Source of the DNA: Candidatus Woesearchaeota archaeon | GTDB taxonomy: Archaea; Nanobdellota; Nanobdellia; Woesearchaeales; DSVV01 | Direction of reading: 5' to 3' | Assembly: GCA_018661705.1 (NCBI GenBank) | Contig: JABJHR010000009.1 | Location: 29,746 to 93,745 of the forward strand | Length of the DNA: 64,000 nt | Shown: one piece after another, positions 36,314 through 45,994 of the stretch | How the letters are laid out: each line of letters begins with the position of its first letter | How positions within the stretch are numbered: the stretch's first letter is position 1 | The notes under the pieces: generated by a model | What the model saw: only the letters and a program-made list of their open reading frames with translations | Database searches by the model: none | Told to the model about the DNA's origin: nothing | Made by a program: the position numbers and the translations under genes

Positions 36314-37555
36314 TTATTTACTTGGATCTACAACCTTACCAATGAATAGTATATTCCCAGTCATTCTTTCTTGTATTAAAAACATGAAAGGGTGGTCTGC
36401 CCTAAAAGTTACTGGTTCTGATGGTGCAATTGACCCAACACCCACAAAAACACCTGATGCAGCAATTGCAGTTGTTCCTTTTTCATCAACATCAATTAAT
36501 GCATGGTGTAAAACCTCATTAATATAAAGATCAGTTGTTCCATCCATTTCAGAGAAATCAGCACCTGGCCATGTAAATGCTAATGGCATCCCCATGTCTG
36601 CTAAAATTTCTGCCATTGAATATTTAAGATCAAACTTAAATTTGGGAAAATACAAGTAAACAAGTTGATTCTGCATCTGTTCTTGTAATTCTTTTAATTT
36701 ATCAGCATTAAGCGATTCCTCAACTTCTACTAATCCATTTTCTTTGATCTCTTTTGGAAGAATCACAAACATTGATAACTCATAGCCCTTATATGGCAGT
36801 TCAATTATTTGTAAGTTATCAGTTTCACCATATCGAAAATGTTCATCTGTTAATTCCATCATTGGTGTTATAATTTTTTCTTCTGGTGATATCCAAAAAT
36901 CCTCATTGTCTGTGTCATCCTTATCAAATTTATCTTCCCAAGTGCCTTTAAAATAAATTGCATTTGTTAAGACTAATCTTGTTTGAGCATTTAATGCTGA
37001 AGGAGAAACTAAATCAGTTATTTTCCCATCTGTTTTGTCTTTAACCCAATCATTAATTCTATCAGCAGAACCAGTTGCATCATTAACAAAATCAAGATTT
37101 TCAGATAACGCACCATAATAATTATTTAATGTTTGAACGTAGCTTGGCAAAAAAGTATAATCTTGTTGAGCCCACATTGCATTTGCTGTGTGTAATTTAT
37201 ACTTTTTATCTTCTTTATTAAGATTATTATAAATCCCTGCAAATGAAGATCTAAATGCACCCTTATCTTCAGGAAAATAAAATACGTTTCTTATTTCCTC
37301 TGCAGTTTCTCCTTTTGCTCCTTCATAAGCCATTGCTAATGCGGCAGAAAGACTATAAGGAGAAAAAAATAGATTTTGATCAGTATTTAATTTTGCATAC
37401 ATATCAAATGCAAACTTATTATTTGATTCTGCTAAGCCAGCCATTCCTGTTGGAGTTGTACCACTGTCATCAATAGGAACAAACTCTTTGCCACACCCTA
37501 AAATAAAGATGGTAAACACAATTAACATCATTGAGATTATAATTTTTTTTGTCAT
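36314..37555 (-). CDS. serpin-family protease inhibitor (lipoprotein)
   Basis: Lipobox ILGCG. Serpin body (FSPYSLSAALAMAYEGA). Hinge EKGTTAIAASG. C-terminal FRADHPFMFLI. Confidence 0.85.
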   Translation of the reverse strand: MTKKIIISMMLIVFTIFILGCGKEFVPIDDSGTTPTGMAGLAESNNKFAFDMYAKLNTDQNLFFSPYSLSAALAMAYEGAKGETAEEIRNVFYFPEDKGAFRSSFAGIYNNLNKEDKKYKLHTANAMWAQQDYTFLPSYVQTLNNYYGALSENLDFVNDATGSADRINDWVKDKTDGKITDLVSPSALNAQTRLVLTNAIYFKGTWEDKFDKDDTDNEDFWISPEEKIITPMMELTDEHFRYGETDNLQIIELPYKGYELSMFVILPKEIKENGLVEVEESLNADKLKELQEQMQNQLVYLYFPKFKFDLKYSMAEILADMGMPLAFTWPGADFSEMDGTTDLYINEVLHHALIDVDEKGTTAIAASGVFVGVGSIAPSEPVTFRADHPFMFLIQERMTGNILFIGKVVDPSK

Positions 37556-37631
37556 AATTCTATATAGAACAAGCTATTATATAAAGATATTGATGACTTT
37601 GAATGGAATTGAAGTAAAAAAAGAAAAGAAA

Positions 37632-38924
37632 TTATTCTGCTAATGGATCATTCACTTTACCCATAAACAAAATACTTCCAGTTGATTTCTCCTGTATCAA
37701 AAAGATAAAAGGATGATTAGCTTTGAACTCAATTGGTTTTTCTGGTTCTTCATCCATTGGCATTGCCATCGTCTCTTTCATAACAACTGCTGTTGCTGCT
37801 GCTGCTTCTGTACCTTTTTCATCTACCGCTACAAAGGCTTGATGGATTACCTGATCAATATTCAATAATTTAGTTCCATCCATTCCTGAAAAATCCGCCA
37901 CAGGACTAAAAGCAGTTGGCATTCCCATTTGTTGTAAAGTTTTTGCTAACATAACTTTAGCTTCAAATTTGAATTTAGGTAGAGATAATCTAACACTTTT
38001 ACCTTCAAAGTTATTATTCCATTCTGCAATTTTTTCCCCAGTTAATTGTTGTTCAAGTAAATCCATCTCACCAAGTTTAGGAAGAACCACTAACATTGAT
38101 AATTCCTTACCTTTGTAAGGAATCTCTAATATTTGTACACCATCTTCTTTTACATAATTAAAGCCATAGACCATAAACATCATGTCCACATCAATTATTT
38201 CATCCTCTGAAACAAAAAAATCCCTTTCTTCTGTATTCTCTTTTTTAAACTTTTTATTCCAATCACCAAAAAAGTAGATTGCGTTTGTTAATACTAATCT
38301 TGTATCTTGGCGAATAACACCTTTTGGAATTAAATCTTTTATTTTATCTTCTGTCTTATCTTCTACCCACTTATTAATTATTTTTCTAGATTTTTCTGTT
38401 TCTTCTTTAAAGTCAAGATTAGTTGTTTTCCCACCATAATATTGTTCTACTAAACCCAAATATTCTGGCAGAAAACTATAAGTTTGCTCAGCCCATAATG
38501 CGTTAGCTGTACTTAGCTTATATTTTTTATCTGGTTTATTTAGTAAATTGTAAAGTTGTGCAAATGATGACCTTAATTCTACACCATCTTCAGGAAAATG
38601 CAATACATTTCTCATTTCTTCTGCAGTTTCTCCATTTGCACCTTCATAAGTCATAGCTAATGCAGATGAAATACTATAGGGAGAAAAGAAAACATTATCA
38701 CCATCATTTTTTAGTTTATTATACATATCAACTGCAAATTGATTATTTCCATCAACAACAGAATCAAAATCTTCTGGAATTACTTGATTATCGTTAGGAA
38801 GAATAGGAATATCTTCTGGAGGAGTAAGAACATTGTCAGGATAAGACCCATCATCAGGACTACATCCAAAAATAAAAATACTAAACACAATTATCAACAT
38901 AAACATCATAATTTTCTTGTTCAT
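37632..38924 (-). CDS. serpin-family protease inhibitor (lipoprotein), paralog
   Basis: Lipobox IFGCS. Inhibitory-type hinge EKGTEAAAATAVVM. FKANHPFIFLI. ATG 38924 preferred over the track TTG at 38936. Confidence 0.85.
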   Translation of the reverse strand: MNKKIMMFMLIIVFSIFIFGCSPDDGSYPDNVLTPPEDIPILPNDNQVIPEDFDSVVDGNNQFAVDMYNKLKNDGDNVFFSPYSISSALAMTYEGANGETAEEMRNVLHFPEDGVELRSSFAQLYNLLNKPDKKYKLSTANALWAEQTYSFLPEYLGLVEQYYGGKTTNLDFKEETEKSRKIINKWVEDKTEDKIKDLIPKGVIRQDTRLVLTNAIYFFGDWNKKFKKENTEERDFFVSEDEIIDVDMMFMVYGFNYVKEDGVQILEIPYKGKELSMLVVLPKLGEMDLLEQQLTGEKIAEWNNNFEGKSVRLSLPKFKFEAKVMLAKTLQQMGMPTAFSPVADFSGMDGTKLLNIDQVIHQAFVAVDEKGTEAAAATAVVMKETMAMPMDEEPEKPIEFKANHPFIFLIQEKSTGSILFMGKVNDPLAE

Positions 38925-39011
38925 AATAATCACCAAATAGCTAATAGAATAAGCTTTTATATAAAGATATTGATAACTTTGAATAAGGTTGAAGTAAAGA
39001 AGAGAAGAAAA

Positions 39012-39203
39012 TTACCTTCTCCTTCCAAAAAAGAACATTAACAAAAATCCAACACCTAAACCAATAAGAGTAAATGCAGGTATTTGACCCATAATAAAAC
39101 CAATTCCTATTCCAATTAACAAACACCCAGGAATAAATAATCCACTATCAATTTTTTTTTTCTTATCTTTCCCAACAATTTTACTTTTATTTCTTTTAGC
39201 CAC
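39012..39203 (-). CDS. small membrane protein
   Basis: 63 aa. Basic N-terminus and two hydrophobic helices. GTG start 5 nt after an SD-like AAAGGTGA. Confidence 0.45.
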   Translation of the reverse strand: MAKRNKSKIVGKDKKKKIDSGLFIPGCLLIGIGIGFIMGQIPAFTLIGLGVGFLLMFFFGRRR

Positions 39204-39220
39204 TTATATCACCTTTTTTA

Positions 39221-40066
39221 TTATCTTTTCTTTAATCTAAACCCGCCACTAGGCAAAGCTCTAATAATATCATCTAATTCTCCACCAAACTTTTTCCTAA
39301 CTGTTTTAGCAATATCACTTACTTTGTCTCTGCCTTGTTCTAATACAATAAAATCTTTTGTTTGTTTTGAAATTGCAGAAACAGGACCAGAAACAACTTG
39401 AATTACTTTTTTACCTTTTTCTTCAGTTTCTTTAATACCAACTGCAACTTGCATTTTTGTTGGTTTTAGATAAGTAGTTTTACCTCTGATCATAAATGCT
39501 CCTTTTGGTAAGAACTCTCCAGGATTAGCAGTTTTAGTAACTTGTTCAGGTGTAACATGAAATACTTCTAATGTTGACATTCCTAACTTCCAAGCCCTAC
39601 TAAATGATGCAGTTGCATCAGATACTTCTTGAAGAGTTATTTTAGTTGGTTTTTTTGTTGCTTTTACTTCTTTTCCTTCATCATTAATTTGAGTATTACT
39701 TTTAACTACAAAGAATGGTGAGCCACTCATGTCTGTATGAAATACAACATCTTCTTTATCTGTATGCTTCTTAATAACAATCTCATTACTTGTAGCATCT
39801 CTCCCACCAATAACTAAAAAACCTTCTGAAGAAACAAACCATCTAAACTTATTATACCATTGTTTTTTAACTTCTCTTTTCACAGGTTTAACTTTTTCTT
39901 TTTCTTGATCTTTTTCATACTTCTTTTTTTCCTTTTCTAGATTTTTTCTACTTCTTTCAATTGCTTCTAAAGCTCCATCTAACTTTTTCTTTGCCTTCTT
40001 AGCCTTTTCAAAGTAGATTGCAGCATTTTCCTGTACAGTCTTATTGAGTTTAAGGATTATTTTCAT
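39221..40066 (-). CDS. NFACT-R (DUF814) domain protein, Rqc2/FbpA C-terminal-type
   Basis: Coiled coil followed by FLVIGGRDATSNEIVIKKH..VFHTDMSGSPFFVV. No NFACT-N domain in this ORF. Confidence 0.7.
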   Translation of the reverse strand: MKIILKLNKTVQENAAIYFEKAKKAKKKLDGALEAIERSRKNLEKEKKKYEKDQEKEKVKPVKREVKKQWYNKFRWFVSSEGFLVIGGRDATSNEIVIKKHTDKEDVVFHTDMSGSPFFVVKSNTQINDEGKEVKATKKPTKITLQEVSDATASFSRAWKLGMSTLEVFHVTPEQVTKTANPGEFLPKGAFMIRGKTTYLKPTKMQVAVGIKETEEKGKKVIQVVSGPVSAISKQTKDFIVLEQGRDKVSDIAKTVRKKFGGELDDIIRALPSGGFRLKKR

Positions 40067-40142
40067 TATTTAGTTAGAATATAGAATGAGATTTATATAT
40101 TTAATGGAAAGTTTTATATAAGAAAAAAATAAAAATTAAACA

Positions 40143-40532
40143 ATGCCAAAGAAAACAATCAACTCAATTCCTAAATCATTACGTATTTGGTTCTTAATAC
40201 ATTTTATAGTTGATATTATATTTGCTATTCCATTAATATTCTTTCCAGAACGATTCTTAGCATTGTTTGGAATATTAGCAGTGGAAACAGTTACACCAAG
40301 ATTAGTTGGAGCAGCGTTAGTTGGAATTGGTGGAGCATCATTCTTTGTAAGAAATAAATCAAAAGAAAGCTATGACATAATGTTAACATTAAAGATATTA
40401 TGGTCAAGTGCAGCAATCATAGCATTATTAGTTTCAAGTTATGTTGGCGCCCCAAAAGCTATTTGGTATATTACAGGAACATTTGCAGTGTTCTCAGCAA
40501 TTTGGTGGTATTATAAGTTAAGAATTAGATAA
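40143..40532 (+). CDS. hypothetical membrane protein
   Basis: 129 aa with four predicted TM helices. Confidence 0.5.
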   Translation: MPKKTINSIPKSLRIWFLIHFIVDIIFAIPLIFFPERFLALFGILAVETVTPRLVGAALVGIGGASFFVRNKSKESYDIMLTLKILWSSAAIIALLVSSYVGAPKAIWYITGTFAVFSAIWWYYKLRIR

Positions 40533-40533
40533 T

Positions 40534-41058
40534 TTAGTTTTCTTTTATCATTCCTAAGAATAATTCATGCACTTTTGTTTCTTTAGTTAATTCCGGATGA
40601 AAAGTAGCAACCATTATATTATTTTGTTTAACTAGGACAGGATCTTCATTATGTTTCCCAAGAATTTCTATTTCATCATTCAAATTAATTATTTTAGGTG
40701 CACGAATAAAAACTCCTCTTACTTTATCACCATTTTCAAGCAGAACATCATCAACAAAAGAATAAAGTTGGCAACCATAAGCATTTCTTTCAATTTTAAC
40801 ATCAATCAATCCTAACTCCGCTAAAACAATGCAACCAGCACAAGTTCCAAATATTGCTTTATTAAACTCTTTCAAATTAAACTTATACTTTTCCAATAAT
40901 TGAAGAATAGTAGTAGATTCACCACCAGGAATTATTAAACCATCAATTTCATTTAATTGTTCAGGAAGTTTTATTTGAATTGTTTCAACATCTAACTTTT
41001 TCAATAAGCTAATATGTTCATGAAAACTTCCTTGTAATGCTAGAATTCCTAGTTTCAT
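40534..41058 (-). CDS. pdxT: pyridoxal 5'-phosphate synthase glutaminase subunit PdxT
   Basis: MKLGILALQG, GTCAGCI (catalytic Cys), FHPE. ATG 41058 preferred over the track TTG at 41070. Confidence 0.9.
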   Translation of the reverse strand: MKLGILALQGSFHEHISLLKKLDVETIQIKLPEQLNEIDGLIIPGGESTTILQLLEKYKFNLKEFNKAIFGTCAGCIVLAELGLIDVKIERNAYGCQLYSFVDDVLLENGDKVRGVFIRAPKIINLNDEIEILGKHNEDPVLVKQNNIMVATFHPELTKETKVHELFLGMIKEN

Positions 41059-41093
41059 TTTTCTTTTCAATTTTATTTTTCTAATTTTAATTT

Positions 41094-41190
41094 AACAGAA
41101 GAAATAACAACAAGGCCAGGCGAGGCGTTAGCCGAGTAGGACTTTGGAACAAAGTCCGTCTGTGCCATAGTTGTTGTTATTTCTTCTGTT
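41094..41190 (+). repeat. Y-family element, copy D
   Basis: Perfect 20-bp inverted repeat AACAGAAGAAATAACAACAA / TTGTTGTTATTTCTTCTGTT encloses GGCCAGGCGA-[GGC GTTA GCC]-GAGTA-[GGACTTTG GAA CAAAGTCC]-GTCTGTGCC. Antisense to pdxS-pdxT. Confidence 0.75.
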
Positions 41191-41256
41191 GCTATCATAA
41201 TTTATTAAAAAGCTGTTGTTGTTGTTATTTCTTCTGTTACTATCATAAAAAAATAA

Positions 41257-42132
41257 CTAATTTCCTCTTTCTGCCATTTTCACATCAAGAGTATCAATTT
41301 CTAACCCAGCCATTGCTTCTCCTAATCCTTCACTAACTTCTGCAACAATTTTAGGATTGTTAAAATGTGTAGTTGCTTGCACAATTGCTTTTGCTCTTCC
41401 AGCTGGATCTGAACTTTTGAAAATTCCTGAACCAACAAAAACACCATCACAACCTAATTGCATCATTAGTGCAGCATCTGCTGGAGTTGCAATTCCGCCA
41501 GCTGCAAAATTAACTACAGGAAGACGTTGTAATTCTTTTACTTGTTTAACTAATTCAACTGGAACTTGATATTCTTTAGCTTTCACATTTAATTCGTCTT
41601 CACTCATTGTTTTCAAAGCTACAATTTCAGAAGTCATTTGTTTCATATGTCTAACTGCTTCTACAACATTGCCTGTACCAGCTTCTCCTTTAGTTCGGAT
41701 CATTGCAGCACCCTCATTAATTCTTCTAAGAGCTTCTCCTAAATTTCTTGCTCCGCAAACAAATGGAATTTTATAATTATGTTTGTTAACATGTGCATTT
41801 TCATCTGCTGGCGTTAAAACTTCACTTTCATCAATATAATCAATTTCTAATGCTTCTAGAATTTGCGCTTCAACAAAATGTCCAATTCTTGTTTTAGCCA
41901 TTACTGGAATTGTTACTGAGCTTTTAATTTCTTTGATCATCTTTGGATCTGACATTCTCGCTACACCACCATCTTTTCTAATATCAGAAGGAACTCTTTC
42001 TAATGCCATTACTGCAACCGCTCCCGCAGTTTCTGCTATCCTTGCTTGATCAGCTGTAACAACATCCATAATCACACCGCCTTTTAGCATCTTAGCCAAT
42101 CCTGTCTTTAATTCATAAGTATTTTCTTCCAT
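41257..42132 (-). CDS. pdxS: pyridoxal 5'-phosphate synthase lyase subunit PdxS
   Basis: [36 protein letters not shown] 42132 preceded by AAGGTGG. Confidence 0.9.
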   Translation of the reverse strand: MEENTYELKTGLAKMLKGGVIMDVVTADQARIAETAGAVAVMALERVPSDIRKDGGVARMSDPKMIKEIKSSVTIPVMAKTRIGHFVEAQILEALEIDYIDESEVLTPADENAHVNKHNYKIPFVCGARNLGEALRRINEGAAMIRTKGEAGTGNVVEAVRHMKQMTSEIVALKTMSEDELNVKAKEYQVPVELVKQVKELQRLPVVNFAAGGIATPADAALMMQLGCDGVFVGSGIFKSSDPAGRAKAIVQATTHFNNPKIVAEVSEGLGEAMAGLEIDTLDVKMAERGN

Positions 42133-42230
42133 TTTAACAACCACCTTTAATCATTTTAACTTGTTTTTAGAAACTTAGCTGGTTATTTAAATCTTATTGT
42201 TTAAGAAATACATGATTTAAAAATCTAATT

Positions 42231-42758
42231 TTACTTCAAAGAATCAACAATTCCTCTTATTCTATCATAATTATCTAAATTACTCAAAAATCCACCATTC
42301 TCAAGATCAGTAAAAACTAATGTATCTATTTTTTCATGAACAAATACTCCTTCCCTAACCATAACATGCTTTGCTTTAAGAGCATAAAAAGGACTAGATT
42401 TATCTTCAATAAATTTAGAATAGATCATAACAGAGTCACCAACACGTAATTCCTGAACAAATCTTGCTTTATATTCCTTTAAAAATAATCCAACACTATC
42501 TTCTTCAAGATTTTCTGCTGTTAATCCAGTTATTTCTTGTAATACTAATCTCGCAGATCTATAAAATGGACTAAAAAACTCATTATCAATATGATCATAA
42601 ACCGGATTAGAACCATCTCCTTCTCCAACAGTAAATGAAATACAAGAATGATACTGTTCTTCTCTTGTACCCATTTTACGGGCTGCATTATCTTGCACTA
42701 CAATATCTATTTGAGTAATTGTTAATTCTAATGTTTCCCCAACAGTATCTACATCCAT
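42231..42758 (-). CDS. hypothetical protein (possible hotdog-fold, weak)
   Basis: 175-aa ORF. No firm motif. Confidence 0.4.
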   Translation of the reverse strand: MDVDTVGETLELTITQIDIVVQDNAARKMGTREEQYHSCISFTVGEGDGSNPVYDHIDNEFFSPFYRSARLVLQEITGLTAENLEEDSVGLFLKEYKARFVQELRVGDSVMIYSKFIEDKSSPFYALKAKHVMVREGVFVHEKIDTLVFTDLENGGFLSNLDNYDRIRGIVDSLK

Positions 42759-42803
42759 AAAGTAAAGAAACTAAAATGAGTTTTTAAAGGTTTGGTTAGG
42801 TTT

Positions 42804-43523
42804 TTAAGGTGATTCAAATACCAACTTTTTCTCTTTTTGTGTTAGAACTTGATAATCTCCTTCTTCAAGATCTCCTAAATTTAACTTTCCTATTCTAATT
42901 CTTTTAAGAAATCTTGCGTTTAAATCTAATTTTTTAAGAATTCTTCTTACTATTCTATTTTTTCCTTCATGAATCATTATTTCAATATGTTTTTCATCAA
43001 GCCTTTTAACTTTTGCAGGGCTTGTTTTACCGTCGTTTAATTCAACACCTTCTTCAATTTGTTTTATTTTTACATCATTAATTGGATTAAATAACCCTGC
43101 CAAGTATGTTTTTTTGATTTCATACCTTGGATGCATTATTTTGTTTGCAAAATCACCATCATTTGTCAATAAAAGAAGACCTGAGGTATTAAAATCTAAT
43201 CTTCCAATTGGAAAAACTCTTGTTTTAATTCTAATAAAATCCATGATTGTTCTATATTTATCATCTTTCAATGCAGTTACACAACCAACTGGTTTATGAA
43301 ACATAAAATAAACTTTCCTTTCTTTGTTTACTAATTTCCCATCAACATATATCTTGTCTGTTTCAGTTGCTTTATCACCAATAGTAATTGGTTTATTATT
43401 TACTTTAACTCTTCCTTCTTGAATAATTTCTTCAGCCTTTCTTCTAGAACAATAACCATAATTACTCATTAATTTCTGAACACGATGTAATTTACCGGAG
43501 GTGTTCTTTGTATTTTTTGGCAT
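42804..43523 (-). CDS. pseudouridine synthase, RsuA/RluB family, with N-terminal S4 domain
   Basis: S4 (YCSRRKAEEIIQEGRVKVN) and catalytic GRLDFNTSGLLLLTNDG. Confidence 0.85.
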   Translation of the reverse strand: MPKNTKNTSGKLHRVQKLMSNYGYCSRRKAEEIIQEGRVKVNNKPITIGDKATETDKIYVDGKLVNKERKVYFMFHKPVGCVTALKDDKYRTIMDFIRIKTRVFPIGRLDFNTSGLLLLTNDGDFANKIMHPRYEIKKTYLAGLFNPINDVKIKQIEEGVELNDGKTSPAKVKRLDEKHIEIMIHEGKNRIVRRILKKLDLNARFLKRIRIGKLNLGDLEEGDYQVLTQKEKKLVFESP

Positions 43524-43572
43524 AACCTAGAAATATTCACTGGAGAATATAAAGTTATTGATTACAAAAGCT

Positions 43573-43734
43573 TTGTTGAAAATGTCGCCATTTCATGGCA
43601 AGTGAGTGCCAAGATTAAAGGTTTGAAGGGCTAGGAGTTTGGAATGTTTGGAAGGTTATTATTGACGCCCTCCAAGCCTTCCCAACCTTCCAGACCTTCC
43701 CGGCCTCTCTATGCGAACAAGGCATTTTCAACAA
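43573..43734. other. element W: long hairpin with 9-nt periodic arms between divergent promoters
   Basis: Outer stem TTGTTGAAAATG..GCC / GGCATTTTCAACAA. Inner hairpin GCCAT-TTC-ATGGC. The right arm is four tandem 9-mers: CCTCCAAGC CTTCCCAAC CTTCCAGAC CTTCCCGGC (43669-43704). Confidence 0.6.
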
Positions 43735-43791
43735 AACAACTTATAATTACAAAGAAAAACATTTTTATATCATCTATATATCATAAAGAGC

Positions 43792-44754
43792 ATGGCTAAG
43801 AATTCTAAACTAAACATTGGTGGACAAGCAGTAATTGAGGGAGTCATGATGAAGTCTCCAAACTATGTTAGTGTTGCAGTTAGAAAGCCAAATAAAAAGA
43901 TAACTCTTGAGGAAATAAAGTATAAATCCATTACAGAAAAATTAAAATTTCTAAAGTGGCCATTTTTTAGAGGAGTTGTAATGTTATTTGAGATGTTAGT
44001 TTTAGGAATAAAGGCATTAACATTTAGTGCAAATGAAGCATTAGATGATGATGAAACAGAAGAAAAAGAAGAATTATCTAAATTCTCTATTTTTTTGACA
44101 ATTTCTCTTTCATTATTATTTGCAGTTGGATTATTTGTTGTGATCCCATATGTACTTACGGTATTTATTGGTTTTCACGAAGAAAAAAGTTCAATATTAT
44201 TTAACTTAATTGATGGTTTAATTAAATTAGGAATTTTTGTATTATATGTATGGGCAATTGGTTTAATGTCAGACATAAAAAGAGTTTTCCAATACCATGG
44301 TGCAGAGCACATGGCAGTAAATTGCTATGAAAAAGGTAAAAAATTAACAGTAAAGAATTGTCAAAAGTATTCCACATTAAATCCAAGGTGTGGTACAAGC
44401 TTTCTTTTATTTGTAATATTCTTAGGTATTATTGTGTTTAGTTTTGTACCAGTTATTATTACTGCAATTTGGCCAGGAGTTATGGATATTGGGACTGTTT
44501 GGAGAAAACTAATATTTTTGGCAACAAGATTAATCTTTTTATTGCCGTTAGCTGCGACGAGTTATGAATTCTTAAAACTAACAGCTAAGTTCTGTGGTAA
44601 CTGGCTTGTTAAGATCTTAATGCAACCAGGATTATGGGTGCAAAAAATCACAACAAGAGAACCAACAGATGATATGCTAGAAGTTGCAATCAAAGCAATT
44701 GAAGATGTATTAGAGAAAGAAAAGAAATCAGGAAAAGAAGTTACATTTACTTAA
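43792..44754 (+). CDS. DUF1385-family membrane protein
   Basis: GGQAVIEGVMMKSPN and YHGAEHM motifs. Multiple TM helices. Confidence 0.75.
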   Translation: MAKNSKLNIGGQAVIEGVMMKSPNYVSVAVRKPNKKITLEEIKYKSITEKLKFLKWPFFRGVVMLFEMLVLGIKALTFSANEALDDDETEEKEELSKFSIFLTISLSLLFAVGLFVVIPYVLTVFIGFHEEKSSILFNLIDGLIKLGIFVLYVWAIGLMSDIKRVFQYHGAEHMAVNCYEKGKKLTVKNCQKYSTLNPRCGTSFLLFVIFLGIIVFSFVPVIITAIWPGVMDIGTVWRKLIFLATRLIFLLPLAATSYEFLKLTAKFCGNWLVKILMQPGLWVQKITTREPTDDMLEVAIKAIEDVLEKEKKSGKEVTFT

Positions 44755-44826
44755 TTCTTCTATTAAAAATATAAATCTAAATTATGAATCAGAATTAATA
44801 ATAAGAATTATAAAAAATAAAAGAAT

Positions 44827-45207
44827 TTATTTAACTAAAACACCAGTTACATATCCTTCTTGGGCAGGCCTGTTTGTGATCTTTGCTTTGCCTTTCTCTG
44901 TTTCAACAACAGCCCCTTTAGTTAATACATTCATACGAATATATTGTTTATTTGCTGTGTTTTCAAGAACATTTGTCATTTTAACTTTAGATGTTTTTTT
45001 AGTAGCAGGATCTGTTACATTAATAAATTCATCAGACATAAGAATATTCTTAGATTTTCCACCTATTGTTCTAAGGGTTTTTATCTTCCTTGTAGCAACT
45101 CTTGGCTCTGCAGGCCTATTTCCTGCTTGATGCAGTTTTTTACTTGTACTAGACCCATATCTGCCGCCTGAAGCTTTTCTCTTTGATCTTTTCTGTGTTA
45201 TAACCAT
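44827..45207 (-). CDS. rps8e: 30S ribosomal protein S8e
   Basis: 126 aa, basic. KRKASGGRY N-terminus and ..NRPAQEGYVTGVL C-terminus typical of S8e. Confidence 0.85.
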   Translation of the reverse strand: MVITQKRSKRKASGGRYGSSTSKKLHQAGNRPAEPRVATRKIKTLRTIGGKSKNILMSDEFINVTDPATKKTSKVKMTNVLENTANKQYIRMNVLTKGAVVETEKGKAKITNRPAQEGYVTGVLVK

Positions 45208-45300
45208 TTTAGGTTGATGAATACACAGGTCCTTTAAATAGTTTTTTACTTTTTATGTTGAAGCCATATAACTACAAATTCCAATTTAAAGAAGTATAAG

Positions 45301-45396
45301 CAAAAAACAACAACAATCATGGCACAGACGGACTTTATGATAAAGTCCTATTCGCCTCACTACATTCGGCTCATCTGGCCATATTGTTATTTTTTG
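45301..45396 (-). repeat. Y-family element, copy E
   Basis: The reverse complement reads GGCCAGATGA-[GCC GAATGTAGTGA GGC]-GAATA-[GGACTTTA TCA TAAAGTCC]-GTCTGTGCC. Lies upstream of the S8e TATA box. Confidence 0.75.
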
Positions 45397-45417
45397 CCTA
45401 GAATAATTAAAAATAAA

Positions 45418-45468
45418 GGGTGGTGGGTGGGGGCTCCTAGAGGGATGGTTAATCTGTTCTCACAAAAA
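45418..45468 (+). repeat. G-tract motif, copy 2
   Basis: See 28019-28069. It lies in an 819-nt stretch without long ORFs. Confidence 0.8.
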
Positions 45469-45526
45469 TTAATTGTAACAAAATATTAACTATAAAAATT
45501 ACAAAGTCAAATAGAAAAGGGGTAAA

Positions 45527-45589
45527 ATGGCTCTCCGAAAGGAGTGAGTGGGGTGTTCTCCAGAATTAGTTAGTGTGGGGGAGAGCCAT
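45527..45589. ncRNA. 63-nt GC-rich hairpin (candidate small RNA)
   Basis: ATGGCTCTCC (45527-45536) pairs with GGAGAGCCAT (45580-45589). Internal alternatives are CTCC-GAAA-GGAG or GGAG..CTCC. Confidence 0.35.
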
Positions 45590-45847
45590 TATCATCATAA
45601 TCTAACTAATAGTAATATTAATAACTAAACTAATATATAAATGTTACGTTTTTGTATACTGGTTGTGCTTTATATGCCTGGTTCATTTATAAATAAACTA
45701 GAAAAGTAGGTGTAAATCTCAAAAAAAAGCGAAAATAGTGTGGAATTCATAAAAAATCCAGAATAATGAAATAATTCCAAAATAATACAAAAAATAGAAA
45801 ATATAGATAAACTCATTTAATTACAAATATGTCATAAAGATTAAGAA

Positions 45848-45994
45848 TTAACTTGCTTTTGATTCTGTATGTTTAAACCTTCTAACTTTTACTCCCCTTT
45901 TATTGAGACGCATACAGATCATTTGATAGTTCTGTACCATGTACATCTCTTTAAAATCACTTAACTCTTCCGGAACAAAATCTTCGTTAAACAT
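45848..45994 (-). CDS. possible small basic protein (48 aa)
   Basis: Hand translation gives MFNEDFVPEELSDFKEMYMVQNYQMICMRLNKRGVKVRRFKHTESKAS. It starts 33 nt downstream of the phosphatase gene and is below the track length cut-off. Confidence 0.2.
   Translation of the reverse strand: MFNEDFVPEELSDFKEMYMVQNYQMICMRLNKRGVKVRRFKHTESKAS

Noticed and set aside
45301-45396. The Y family could be box C/D sRNAs or K-turn elements (AGAUGAGG near the 5' side, UCUGU near the 3' side).
   Set aside because: The D-box position reads CUGU, not CUGA, in all copies, which removes the sheared G-A pair. There are no C'/D' boxes or guide-length spacers.
28019-45468. The two direct copies of the 51-nt G-tract motif could be attL/attR of a 17.4-kb integrated element.
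   Set aside because: The interval contains core genes (pdxS, pdxT, rps8e, a pseudouridine synthase and the NFACT-R gene). It has no integrase or recombinase, and neither copy is at a tRNA gene.
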